Positions 35,978 to 48,191 of a stretch of DNA of 64,000 bases are shown here, one piece after another. This DNA is from Lingula anatina (lineage: Eukaryota > Animalia > Brachiopoda): the NCBI GenBank assembly GCA_051362555.1, contig CM120645.1, positions 17,484,001 through 17,548,000 of the forward strand, read 5' to 3'. The translations under genes were made by a program, and so were the position numbers. The notes beneath the pieces are model-generated. The model did not search any database. It was given only the letters and a program-made list of their open reading frames with translations, and was not told the origin of the DNA. The number at the start of each line of letters is the position of its first letter. Position 1 is the first letter of the stretch.

Positions 35978-37487
35978 GTGAATCATAAGGAAAAAAATAA
36001 TACAACAACTATGAGAGAGTATGATCAATATACCGATTAGCTTGATAACATATTTGTTCTTGACTTCTCTTCGAAATTCAGAGTATGGCGATGAAATACC
36101 ATATGGTTTGTAGGTGTAGAAAATCGGGCTTGTTAATGTATGTAATATTCTTTGGCATGTTTAGAAATCGAGCAGTCGGTTCGGTTCTTCTCACACGCCT
36201 CCCCGCTCGTCGCCCTTGCAGGGGCACACTAATTAAACCTCGGCTCAATTCAACCGGTCGAGGGACGACGCGTGGGAAGCCGTGTTAGAGGCGAAGAGAC
36301 CATTACAGGATTAAGCGGTTTCACTTTTATGTAGGTCCGCCATATTTAGGTCGCGGCTCTGCTCGATGTGAATGCTCTCCTACATAGTAGGCTTGTAAAG
36401 GGGTCAAATGCTGCATTTTATGGTACAAATGTCTAACTTGGCATGAATGTTCCTTGGCCCAAATAAAAAAATATCCATAGAGACACGCATAAGTTATGCA
36501 AATTAGGTACCAAAATATGTTTCATATTGCCATCACTTTTTTAGCCTAAAAACGTGTAGATTATCAAACCTGACTAAATTAGGAAAAAGGGAACCCATTT
36601 TCGACATTATGGAAACAAATGGCGGACATTTTGTGTCTCAGGTAGATTTGACATCTCTTAGCAAAAATATATTTAATGTGTATTTAAATGTTTTGTTCCA
36701 CTTTTTCTTTTCCACTTTGTGTCTAAAAAGCGTTTGACAAAATCACGTTTCTTAATATGTATGAAACTGCGACATCCACTGCTCTGTGCAACAACAACAA
36801 CAATAATAATAATGTTTTTAAATAATTTAGATATGTTTTGAATTATTATACAATTCGTTACAATACTCACGCCAATATCACTCCGGTTAATTAAGGTTCC
36901 TGTGGTGCCTGCGTCAATTGTGTGTGTGACAGCGGTTTCTGTGTGTGTGACGTGGGCTGGAAAGGGACAGCCTGTTACCAGAAAGGTAACTATAGGGTAC
37001 TCACAACTCACAGTTAGTCACAGTTTTGACTGTATAGTATTTATTCTCCTTTCGCTCGCCACGCCTCACCACCAAGCATTCCTCTGACGGCTGTGGCCTG
37101 ACCAGCATCATTTTTGTTAATAAACAAATGTTTTGCAGTCACGACTTCAAGTCTTTTATTTATTTATTTATTTATTTTATTATTTTTTATTTATTATTAT
37201 TATTATAATTATTTTTGGTCAGGAAGAGACATTAAAAAAGCATATAGAAACAAGCAGTTATGTCGAGTAGAATTAATTTAATCATGATGTATTTTATTTT
37301 AATAATATTGTGTTTGATAGAAAACTTCATAGCATCGCATCAACAACACATGAGTAACGCTATAATATGAGTAAGTGTATAGAAGAGGAATAGGTGTGCT
37401 GCATATCATAATGTGCCATACCTCACAATACATAAGTTTCCCTTCACTATTCCAGCTACGTGTCTGTATGTGAATAACTGCACTTAC

Positions 37488-38916
37488 GAGGACCACGGTG
37501 TGTGTTACAGGACCAACAGGTGTCGCTGTCTACCAGGATTTGTGGGTATGTATTGAGTACCACGGCGTGTGTTACAGGACCAACAGGTGTCGCTGTCTAC
37601 CAGGATTTGTGGGTATGTATTGAGGACCACGGCGTGTGTTACAGGACCAACAGGTGTCGCTGTCTACCAGGATTTGTGGGTATGTATTGAGGACCACGGT
37701 GTGTTACAGGACAAACAGGAGTCGTTGTCTACCAGGATTTGTGGGTATGTATTGAGGACCAAAGTCGCTGTCTACCAGGATTTGTGGGCATGTATTGAGT
37801 ACCACGGCGTGTGTTACAGGACTCACAGGTGTCGTTGTCTAGCAGGATATGTGGGTATGTATTGAGGACCACGGCGTGTGTTACAGGACCAACAGGTGTC
37901 GCTGTCTACCAGGATTTGTGAGTATGTATTGAGGACCACGGCGTGTGTTACAGGACCAACAGGTGTCGCTGTCTACCAGGATTTGTGGGTATGTATTGAG
38001 GACTACGGCGTGTGTTACAGGACCAACAGGTGTCGCTGTCTACCAGGATTTGTGGGTATGTATTGAGGACCACGGTGTGTTACAGGACAAACAGGAGTCG
38101 TTGTCTACCAGGATTTGTGGGTATGTATTGAGGACCACGGCGTGTGTTACAGGACCAACAGGTGTCGCTGTCTACCAGGATTTGTGGGTATGTATTGAGG
38201 ACCACGGTGTGTTACAGGACAAACAGGAGTCGTTGTCTACCAGGATTTGTGGGTATGTATTGAGGACCAAAGTCGCTGTCTACCAGGATTTGTGGGCATG
38301 TATTGAGTACCACGGCGTGTGTTACAGGACTCACAGGTGTCGTTGTCTAGCAGGATATGTGGGTATGTATTGAGGACCACGGCGTGTGTTACAGGACCAA
38401 CAGGTGTCGCTGTCTACCAGGATTTGTGGGTATGTATTGAGGACCACGGCGTGTGTTACAGGACCAACAGGTGTCGCTGTCTACCAGGATTTGTGAGTAT
38501 GTATTGAGTACCACGGCGTGTGTTACAGGACAAACAGGTGTTGCTGTCTACCAGGATTTGTGGGTATGTATTGAGTACCACGGCGCGTGTTATAGGACCA
38601 ACAGGTGCCGCTGTCTACCAGGATTTGTGGGTATGTATTGAGGACTACGGTGTGTGTTATAGGACCAACAGGTGTCACTGTCTATCAGGATTTGCGGGCA
38701 TGTATTGAGTACCACGGCGTGTGTTACAGGACCAACAGGTGTCGCTGTCTACCAGGATTTGTGGGCATGTATCGAGTACCACTGCGTGTGTTACAGGACC
38801 AACAGGTGTCGCTGTCTACCAGGGTTTGTGGGCATGTATTGAGGACTACGGTGTGTGTTATAGGACCAACAGGTGTCGCTGTCTACCAGGATTTGTGGGT
38901 ATGTATTGAGGACCAC
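37488..38916 (+). repeat. 67-bp minisatellite (~22 units, with 65-bp and shorter variants) derived from an EGF exon 3' half plus GTATGTATT
   Basis: Unit GAGGACCACGGCGTGTGTTACAGGACCAACAGGTGTCGCTGTCTACCAGGATTTGTGG-GTATGTATT, encoding EDHGVCYRTNRCRCLPGFVG; starts at 37488, 37555, 37622 and so on. Confidence 0.95.
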
Positions 38917-39576
38917 AGCTGCGCTCTGCCAGACTGTTCTTCAAATAATGACTGCTCCCTACCCGGGGTATGTACGTCACCTCACACGTGCACGTGTTAT
39001 GACGTTTACCAAGGTGAAAACTGTACCGCAGTGAAGAATTGCACAGCGTTAAATGACTGTAATGACCACGGTATATGCGCTGCCTTTGAAGGCAATGATA
39101 CGGCTGTTATGTGCAGGTATGGTACTTTTCGTTAACTTCATTTAAGGTATGGTTATATATACCATAATAACAGAAATCCCACAGCCATTGTCTATTAAAT
39201 TGACGCGTAACTACTGTTTTTAAAATATATGTAAGATTAAATCGTGGGCTGGGTCTATTTATGACACTTAAAATAAGATGATATTAAAATTGTTATTATA
39301 ATTTTTACGACTAGCGTTATGACAAATTTAGAGACTTTCAGAGGGAGGAAAACAGTGCATGTATTTATGATTTTTTTTCTCCCTTCTAAAATGGTATTTG
39401 CAACAGGTGTTTTGAAGGCTACCGTGGCGACACGTGTGACACCGTCTCATGTTCTACTGTAAACAACTGTTCAGGACACGGTGCGTGTTTGGAGCCCAAC
39501 CTCTGTAACTGTGACCCAGGCTTCGGGGGAAATGACTGCTCTAATTTCTCATGTGAAGCTCTTGGATACTGCTCTG
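38912..39576 (+). pseudogene. Tandem EGF-like exons (38912-39116, 39407-39576)
   Basis: HSCALPDCSSNNDCSLPGVCTSPHTCTC..GENC..CNDHGIC..MCR|CFEGYRGDTC..NNCSGHGACLEPNLCNCDPGFGGNDC; the phase-2 junction fits. Confidence 0.85.
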
Positions 39577-39881
39577 GTAATAACTGTATAACTCAATACA
39601 TACCCACAATGTCACAATATATGGTTGTATACTTCTTTTAACTGTGCGACTTACCTGTTTATTTTCAAAGAAAAAGGGTTAAAAACATCAACTTGACAAG
39701 AAGATAACTGCCAGTAATGCGTTCATTGGGAGTATGCACACGATTGCATTGCCTTACTGTGGAATAAACTAGTTTCAAACAAAGTCATAAGCCTTATGTG
39801 TTAGCTCCGCAACGATTACATTTGTTGCTCTCCCTATATTACGCTATGTGACATACTTGTGTTTGCCTTTCCTCTATGCAG

Positions 39882-40864
39882 GCAATGGACAGTGCGTATC
39901 ATTGGACACGTGCTTGTGTTCTGGGTGGGTGAACGCTGTGACGAGCCCGTCTGCAGTGATGAGGCCAACTGCTCTGGTAATGGAAGTTGCGTCTCACCTA
40001 ACCAGTGCGAGTGTCTGGATGAATACGACGGCGTCGACTGTTCTATTAGAATTGGTTCGAACTATCACAGCCCAATGTTTGCATACGACTGGTACAATGG
40101 CACTGTGCCGGAGAATGCCCCACCAGGGACTATTATCGTGTTTCAAGAGAACATTACCATGATTAACGCGACAGACCTAGATACAGGGCGAAATGGCAAA
40201 CTTGAGTATACTTTCTCTGGAGGCAACGGAGCGGAGCGGTTCTTCAACATGGACAGTCAGGGACAGTTATCAGTGGTAGCCAGACTGGACTACGACAGTC
40301 TTCCGCAGGAGTTCATTATGACAGTAGTTGCATCTGACAAGGGCGTACCGCCCAAGAGTGCTGCCACCAAGGTCGCCATCATTGTCCAAGACGTCAACGA
40401 CAACGCTCCACTTTTCCAGTTGTTTGGTTTTCCAGAGATTCCAGTGAATGCCAGTGGCGAGCTAGGACGAACTGTAGGGCGGTTCCTGGCCACAGACAAA
40501 GACAGTGGGTCGTACGGAACGGTTCGACACTCTATAACCAACGAGAGAAACCCTGATGCTGTATTTGCTGTCAATGAAGACACCGGAGAGCTGATCGTCG
40601 TGCGTTACCCAGCCCAGTATCGATATGACCTTACCATTTTGGCGGAGGATGGAGGAGAACCACCAAAGTCCGCCATCTTGCCTGTTGTTATTTCTGTCTA
40701 CGGACACCTTGTTGAGGAACGAAATAATACAGTCGTTGTGAACCCTACGACTAACACCGTAGCACCGGTTTCCACGACCCTTGGGAGTTCTTCAACTACG
40801 GGCACCGCGGGTAAAGTGACAAGTGGTGAGACAGTACCAACGCCGAAGACGACGACAACACAAG
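39882..40864 (+). pseudogene. EGF + two cadherin repeats + S/T-rich stalk exon (frameshift near 39929)
   Basis: Cadherin motifs VPENAPPGT, ATDLDTGRNG, LDYD, ASDKGVPP, VQDVNDNAPLF, ATDKDSG and AEDGGEPP; borders atgcag| and CAAG|gtatgt. Confidence 0.9.
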
Positions 40865-41247
40865 GTATGTTACAGTAGCTCAAAACAATGACCAAGTTAA
40901 CACGTATGAATTGAATCCCGCTTTTATCTAAACGAATACAAACACCTGATAAAAAGTAAGTAATTTCCACACCCGGTGATTAGCCTATAGGCTAATAGGG
41001 TAATTTTATAATGATACGTTTTCCAAGTGACCCTAATTCCTTATATTAGTTATACGTGCAATGCCTGTATGTTTTCTGAACATATACATGTATATTTACA
41101 AAAAAATTGTCATGGGAACACGCCAAGCTGAGAAAAAAGTGAAATGACCAAAAGAAATGAAAGAAATAAAGAAGGTAAACCGAGGATGATGTACAGAAAA
41201 AAAATTACCGCAAGTAAATGAAACAAATTATATTCCCTTTATTTCAG

Positions 41248-41596
41248 CCACTGTGGTAAAGTCCCCACAAGAACCATGGTACCAGACGGTGGGCTTCAAG
41301 GCCGGCGCAGGCGCAGTGGGTGGAGTGGTGGCACTGTGCCTTATTGCTGTTATTGCCTATCGCTGTGTCTGGGGACAGAAATATAAAGTCAGCTCAATGC
41401 CAGAGCATCCCCGTAGGTCGCCCCCCATGGCCTACACACACACCAGATGACATCTATCGGGGCAAACAAATACGTCACGGAAGGAGACTTCGGCAACATT
41501 GAGGACATTGATGCCTCGGCGGATAGTGAGAACGAGACCGACTTCGCTTCATTTCCACCTGGGAGACATGCTTTTAGCGACCAGGCATTCACTTAG
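41248..41596 (+). pseudogene. Last exon: TM helix and cytoplasmic tail
   Basis: PWYQTVGFKAGAGAVGGVVALCLIAVIAYRCVW (TM). Stop at 41448-50 follows a CA run; the shifted frame continues MTSIGANKYVTEGDFGNIEDIDASADSENETDF...FT* to 41596. Confidence 0.8.
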
Positions 41597-42444
41597 ACAT
41601 TGTTTTATTTTCTCAGATATTATAAACAATGCTTTTAGATGCAAACACTAAGTGCTGATGACGATACATGCGATATCTGATCTGTGCCGGCTTTGATTTT
41701 GACATATGAATGTTAGATGCGCAGATCCAAGAAAACTAGCAAAATTATTTGGAAATGAAATGAATGTTTTGATTATTCCGGTGCTTCAAGATAATAAATT
41801 TGTGACAAAAAAGAACAGCAAATGATTAAAATTACCAGAACAGTTTCAAATATCAACTTAAATTTACAAAGAAATCCTGAGAAATTAATGGTAGTCAAAA
41901 TTAGGAATTATTAATTGGTCATAATATATTAAGGAAGAAACGCTGCTAGTTTACTTACTGCTTGCTGCATTGTGATATGGTTGGATCACGGGACAACAAG
42001 AATAATTCCATGCGTTATTATCAGTTACATACGGGACCAACTGACATTAAAAAATTTTATAATTTTAATTTATTAATATTGAAATTTTCCCAATTTTGAA
42101 ATTTTCAAAAAGCGTAAAACCCACTGGTACTGTTTTTGTATCATATAACCTGCTGCTTGTTCAGTGAGGTCACACAATGAAAGTCATTGGTTGTTGATTA
42201 AAAAATCAAATAAATAGTTAACTTAGTGCAGGCAAAATGTGTCCTTTGCTTGAATTAAAATGCTCAACCTCGAATAACAATTAAAAACCCCGTGTTAATT
42301 CCCTACACCCCAGCGTGGCAAACTCATTGCATGAAAATGGTAGATTGTCATAGATTCCTCTTAAAATAAAGTTCTAAATAACACAATACTTCTCAATGCT
42401 AATCATTCTGTAGTATTTTAGTGGGATTCGCCTTAATTTATTAT

Positions 42445-42885
42445 AAACAGTGGACGGCGTCCTTTCTGCGTCCCTTCTACAATCAATTATGTGGTCAAGT
42501 AGCTCAATTGTCGCCAAAGCAATTCAATCATGTCTCAGTGTAAATGCTTCTTCGTCCCTTGTGCCTTCTTTGAACGACCGAATATAGGTTTTACTGGTAA
42601 AACAGAGAGCGACCTGTGCGTCCATTGAGCTACCCGCCTGCCTCCCCTGTGCGTCCCCTGCACAACCTACGGGTTCAAGGGTTCATTACGAACCCTTCGT
42701 TACGTTCTCTGTACCTTCATCAACGTTCAGTGGCTATCATTCTAAAATCTTTCTGCCTCCTGCTAGACCGATAAACGATGAATGAACGTCCTGTGTGCGA
42801 TCTAAGCGATCACCGTGTGTGCTTTGAGCGTCCAACGACAACCTGGCAAGTTTTATGGTCGCCGTCCAGTGTAAAGAGGGTTTTA
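42445..42885. mobile_element. Harbinger-like MITE related to 19535-19761
   Basis: GGACGGCGTCCTTTCTGCGTCCC ... GCCGTCCAGTGTAAAGAGGGTTTTA. Confidence 0.55.
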
Positions 42886-43155
42886 CTCCCAAGATCAATT
42901 TACAATATTGCAACCCCCAGACTTCGCTTCCATGGTCCAGGTTCGGTAACACATATGTATCAAGAGAAAAAGTTCAGTGTCTACATTTGAGCATGGACAT
43001 GATTATTATGTCCATGATTTGAGAGTACGTCTCTACTGATATTTTTTACAGTCAACATTGCTTCACTTCCCTGATCAACTACGGCTCTCTGTGTGGTGAG
43101 GAACTTTCCATTGTGATTTAACAATAACCCTAGGTACGGAAAACTATTGGTTATC
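42880..43155 (-). mobile_element. LINE ORF2 post-RT fragment (CR1/L2-group-like)
   Basis: NSFPYLGLLLNHNGKF..QR..QGSEAM and DTYVLPNLDHGSEVWG..YCKLILGVK (YLG and YGxEVWG motifs). Confidence 0.75.
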
Positions 43156-43428
43156 TTGATATGTACTGTGCAGAGAACAACTGAAGACAACGCTATTAAT
43201 TCACTAATACCCTTTATTTGAATCCCTCTCAGTCGCCCACTCAGCCGGATGTAGCTTTTTGTGGCTGCGTGCAATGAACTCTTCTTAATGTAATTTTAAT
43301 TAAAATATCTTATATAATGAGTCACACTCGATTGATCTGAAGTGCCAGGCACATATCTATTATTATTATTATATCTGAAATAATATGGAAAAATATAATA
43401 GATTTCAAGTAAAAATGCTGTCTAAGAA

Positions 43429-43704
43429 CAGTGACGGATTTAAGGGGGGGTTAGGGGGGTCCTGACCCCCCTTCAATTTCTGGGAAAAAATCACACCAAT
43501 GGTCCCCACTTGAAAATTGGAATTTTGACTTACTGAATCATAGTTCTTAAACAGTACCGAAAGGCACCGTTCGCCCTCTAAAATACCAAAATTATTCGGC
43601 GGGCCCCGAGCCCTACGCCAAGGGGGGCGGTCAAAGCATCCATGTCCTGCCACTCCTAAAAACCCACCCCCCCCCCCCTTAAAATAACCCTGGATCCACC
43701 CCTG
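43429..43704. mobile_element. hAT-like MITE (CAG..CTG termini)
   Basis: CAGTGACGGATT / GGATCCACCCCTG; homologous to 10218-10463; AAGAA on both flanks. Confidence 0.7.
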
Positions 43705-43997
43705 AAGAATATACATTGTGGCCTTTTTATTAAGTATTAAGACAACAGGTTACGGTATGCACCATTTCGGTTTGGTTAGATTATTATCCCTCGCCCCCAA
43801 ATAGGTTAATAAGAGAAAGATAGAAGATAAGAGACAGAGAGAGAATCAAGATTCAAAATTGTTGAGTTGTAAGGTTCTATTTAATATTCAACGATCGACA
43901 AGAAGTAAGCAACAAGAGTCTTGGATTTCCAAACACTTTTATTCCCACTGTTTAAGTTCGGGGCGCCACCGCGTCCCTTACAGCGTTGCCATGACAG

Positions 43998-44635
43998 TAC
44001 CCTCTACCAGGGTGGCAGATTATATAGGGAAAAACGCAAAAACCCAGACGTAAATGACTGTTGTAAAGTTTTAGAATTCGAGGACGAATTCTTTTGAAGA
44101 AGGGGTGTATGTTGTAAAGCAAATGACATACACTTTCGATAATAACAAAACAATTAAAACAGAATCAAATGTGTAGGAGGTTATTGAGTGCAAGTTAAAA
44201 TTCTTTAAGTGTCAACAAGTGTAGAGACTGTTCTCGAAGTAAGAAAGGATGGAACATTTCAAAATCACATATAGTTGGATCTGATTGGTTAATTTTTCTA
44301 TAGCTTTGCACGTTTCTAAAAACTCATGCATACTCGATATGGACAAGGTCCAAGCTTGAGTAATTCGGAAAATATTTTAAATATTTTAAATTAAACACAA
44401 GTCTCATGAAATTACTAAATTAGGAAATAATGAATAGCGTTTTGTAATATGAGAATGGAAAATTCTTTGGAAAAATAGAGTATAAATTTTTGTAGATTAT
44501 GTGAAAAAGAGAGTCGGTGAATAAACATTAGAAAGCTCCAGACTGTTGTCGTCATTTCTCACTATAACATGACTATTTATCTAGAGACATCTGCGAGTAT
44601 CTGTGAAAAACCAATCTGTCGACTGGTAGAGGGTA
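43998..44635. mobile_element. 638-bp MITE with a perfect 9-bp TSD (MULE/Merlin-like); relatives end at 18723 and span ~52265-52403
   Basis: CCATGACAG|TACCCTCTACCAG...CTGGTAGAGGGTA|CCATGACAG. Confidence 0.85.
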
Positions 44636-44699
44636 CCATGACAGCAGCTACAGTACATAAGAACTTCTCAGAATTCTCTGTTCTCAACAATTTCTTTCA

Positions 44700-45275
44700 T
44701 AAAAATTTACAGATTTTGTAAAAAGAGGAAGAACGATTATATTTCCTAGGGGATAATGTTTGCAAATAACAGGAACAAACTGTTACAGATATATTCTTGA
44801 AAGACTGCCCCTTGTGACAGAAAAAAAAAACAAAGAATGAAGCCATGTACAGATGTAGGTGTAAATAATAAGAACACTTTTCAAGAATTAATTTTGTCAG
44901 TATTGAATACCATCTACAAAGGAATGTGGAAACATCACCCCTCCACTCCCGCTCTTACAATACACACACACACACGCTCTTACAGACACAATAGGGAGGA
45001 AAATATGGGGTGGTGGAGCTAGGTGGCATCTTCAAGACAACATTACTTGAAGAAATTCCGGAATGAATGCATAGTGAAACTTCTTTTAATTTTTTTAAGA
45101 TTTTCCAAAAAAAGGAAGAAAGATTATATTTCCAGGGAGGAAATGCTTTCAAATAACAGGAACAAACTAGACCGATACAGATGTATTCTTGAGTCTCTAG
45201 TGACAGGAAAAAGAATAAAGTCATGTAAATGAAAGTAATAAAGAACAATTTTCAATAATTAATTTTAACAGTACT
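44700..45275. repeat. Diverged ~200-bp direct repeat pair (44700-44905, 45090-45275)
   Basis: Shared GATTATATTTCC..CAAATAACAGGAACAAACT..GTGACAG..AATAAGAACA..TTTCAA.AATTAATTTT. Confidence 0.7.
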
Positions 45276-48047
45276 TACTAAGTTTGAAAAGATTAAAAAC
45301 TTTATAAAGTACATTTTATTTACTGCCATTTCTTATATATGCCGATAATTTGAATGTATGCACCAGTGATAAGACTGAAAAAAACTAAGCATCTTTGCAG
45401 GAGAAAAATTGCTGAACGGTCGAGCGATGTGAGGAAGGCACGCAACTTCCCACGCACAGCAAACAACATGGAAAAAATAACAAGTAAGATAAAATAATGG
45501 GTAAAAACTGAGCTTTAGAAATGGGAATTTTCACAATTTCACCTTAAGGGATGGATTAAGACGACCAAAACCTCAGATTTTTTTTTGTCTCTGCGTCTGC
45601 TTGTCCCTATCATAATTGACGTTTGTTTATATAACCTGTCAATCAAGCAGTTATTACTTGATGGGATCTGCCAAAACTCAATGATTTAATTGGCACGTTG
45701 TCAATCAAATGGTGAAGGAAGCTAAAACTTTGCATGTTCGACAACTGTAGTTATCAACAACGTAATGATTGTGATTGACGTTTGTTAATAAAACTGTCAA
45801 TCAAAGTCGTGTGCTTTTGGCAGCTTCTGTCAAAATTGAATTAAACCGTATGAGTTTGATTGGCACCTGTCTATCACAACACTTTTGTTACCTTTAGTTA
45901 GTAGAAAGCAAAGTACATTTTTCCATGCAGCTCTATTAAGTCTACATTTTTCCATGCAGCTCTATTAACTCTACCAGTCCTGATAGGTACGTCTTGACAG
46001 ATACGTCTTGACAGATGACGGGACCCGATACTTCTATGTCGCCATACCTATAAACCCATTTACCGATAAATGCACGTGCCGATAGAATAATTAGACTAGA
46101 GTCTGCTTTTGAAATACCACCTATCTAATGGTGGCACCTTATTCATTTTTAATCAATTAAAATTATTTCTTGTAATTAAACATCTATGACCATTACCTGA
46201 GGGCCATGGGGAAGACAAAAATTTAATTTATCCTCAATAACTATTTTTTATAAATAAATAAATAAAAACTTAGCTTTGTTATTTATTATAAAAAGCATTA
46301 TATTTACCCCGCGACCTTGAATTTTGATACGGATTACCGTACAAACCTTGACACCGTTGCTAGCTCTCAAATGTTACTTCATTCTTCAGTAAGACTTGTG
46401 CTGTGTGAAAAATAAACATACGGAGACATTTGCGCCCAAATATATACTAAGCTCCATAAAAACATGTAATTTGATCATATAAATTTTGAAAGTTCCCTTT
46501 CAGAAAATACGTCCTTACTCTGAAATACTGGTAAAGACTGAGAACATGCGTTTTTCAGGCGTCTGGACTGGTTGTTTAATTTGGTGCATGGGGGAGGGGG
46601 TAATATCTTCAACTTTGTAAAAGTGATTTTCTAAGAGTATGTAGTTGTAGCTGAAGTTTCGATGCAAAGGTAATTGAAACATTTGGCAGTATTGTTCGTA
46701 TGCTAGTTTTCACAGCCCCATACGAGGCTTCCATTGGGTATTTTCCTTACCCTTGAAAGCCATTGTTCACTTCCCAAGATGCGTGAAACGTTCATTTTAT
46801 TTAGCGTGAAGCACCCCATTCCTGTGACTCGTACATGCGGCTTTTTACTCTCCGTTATTCGTGAAAGAAAGTCGTCATACCCGGTGATTCGTGATACGTG
46901 ATTTTTGACGCGCATTTTCAGTGAAATCTGAATAAAGTTTTATTTACTGTGTTTTGTGAATTGATAATTTTATTTCCCGTGAATTGTGATCACCCCCCCC
47001 TTCAATGGTACCCTCTCTGGGCTGTATCCTCCCAAGGGAGGTGACAACATTTACACCTAGTCTGAGTCAGTATTAGTTGTTTTTATGTACTTTATAAGAA
47101 CATCTGTTAAGTCAATCCTAGCTGTGACAGCTTTAGTTAACTAAGCTGTACTCACTCTAGGTCCTAATGAACGCTGTCACTTATTTTAACGTTCTATACA
47201 AATCGGGTAAACAAAAAACGCATCTTGTCTTCTCTAACACAATCGGTACAGATTACTTTTTTTTGGGGGGAGGGGGGGTGAAACATAGCCAAATAATTTG
47301 ATATCAAACTTAATGGTTGATAAGATGTTATTATTTTTGCCATTGTGGTGGTAGAAAGCCAAAATCACCATCCCGGTATTAGGACCCCTTGTGCCATATC
47401 AAATAATAATAAAAGTTTAAATCGAAACTTGCGTTCAAAAAGAGGGTGCCCTGTACATTGTTATGTAATACAGGTGAGCATTTCGGTGAGAGGTGTTCAG
47501 GTTGGACCAAGGTCAGTAGAAGATGGAGAAGACAGAGGTTCTTGGTACGTTGCTGCAATTTCCACATGTAGGCCAAAAATTTAGCACAGAAAATGACAGG
47601 AAGCTGCCGTAGTATTGTATAGGTGATATAAGATAATGCTGTGTATTTTGTGTAGACGATGTTTGCCCAAATGATGCATTTCGAACAGGGATATTTTAGT
47701 CCTTATGACTGTGGGAACATTACACTTATGTCCAATACACTCTCCATTAGAATTTGCAAAATCAGCTCAAATTTTAAATGATTTATTTTCTTTAATTTCA
47801 GAGAAGGAGCGCACTTGCCAATGAGGAAGTGAGAGGCTTATTGCCGCTGTCCAAAGGTCTGAACAAGTCCTCAACAAGTAATACGACTGGACAGGTATCT
47901 ACATTCTCCTAATTGTTTTATTGGCGAGGTCATTGACTTGTTTTCAAAGTATCAAAAATATCATGTTTATAAAAGTAAACTTCAAACAGACAAATGCACG
48001 TTTAGTAACAACATGTTGAACTATTGTGTCATTGCATTCCTGGAAAC

Positions 48048-48191
48048 GACGGGACCAGGTTGGGGAGGTGAGGGGTGGGGACGGGACCAGGGTGGGGAGG
48101 TGAGGGGTGGGGACGGGACCAGGGTGGGGAGGTGAGGGGTGGGGACGGGACCAGGGTGGGGAGGTGAGGGGTGGGTGGGGGTGGGCGGGGG
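48048..48191 (+). repeat. G-rich 32-bp minisatellite (~4 copies), G-quadruplex-capable
   Basis: GGGACGGGACCAGGGTGGGGAGGTGAGGGGTG repeated. Confidence 0.9.

Larger units (their letters stand above)
28238..41596 (+). pseudogene. Multi-exon type-I membrane protein gene: Cys-rich CxC region, EGF, VWD, tandem EGF, 2 cadherin domains, S/T stalk, TM, acidic tail; disabled
   Basis: Mostly phase-compatible exons 28238-28404, 28695-29155, ~29390-29490, 30022-30241, 32404-~32750, 32860-32946, ~33032-33110, 33370-~33510, 33781-33950, 34102-34274, ~34541-34695, 35777-35977, 36896-36985, 37456-37545, ~38912-39116, 39407-39576, 39882-40864 and 41248-41596. Lesions: TAG 35863-65, frameshifts near 33445, 34620, 39929 and 41440, and MITEs in two exons. 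Confidence 0.85.

Noticed and set aside
37488-38916. CRISPR-like array or protein-coding repeat (many overlapping ORFs)
   Set aside because: Contiguous 67-bp units with no unique spacers and no cas genes. The unit is not a multiple of 3, so the ORFs are frame-cycling by-products.
39859-40878. Stand-alone intact 339-aa cadherin gene
   Set aside because: The start lies in intron sequence and there is no signal peptide; it is an internal exon with a frameshift near its 5' end.
40290-40970. Minus-strand ORFs overlapping the cadherin exon
   Set aside because: Antisense shadows of a GC-richer coding exon.
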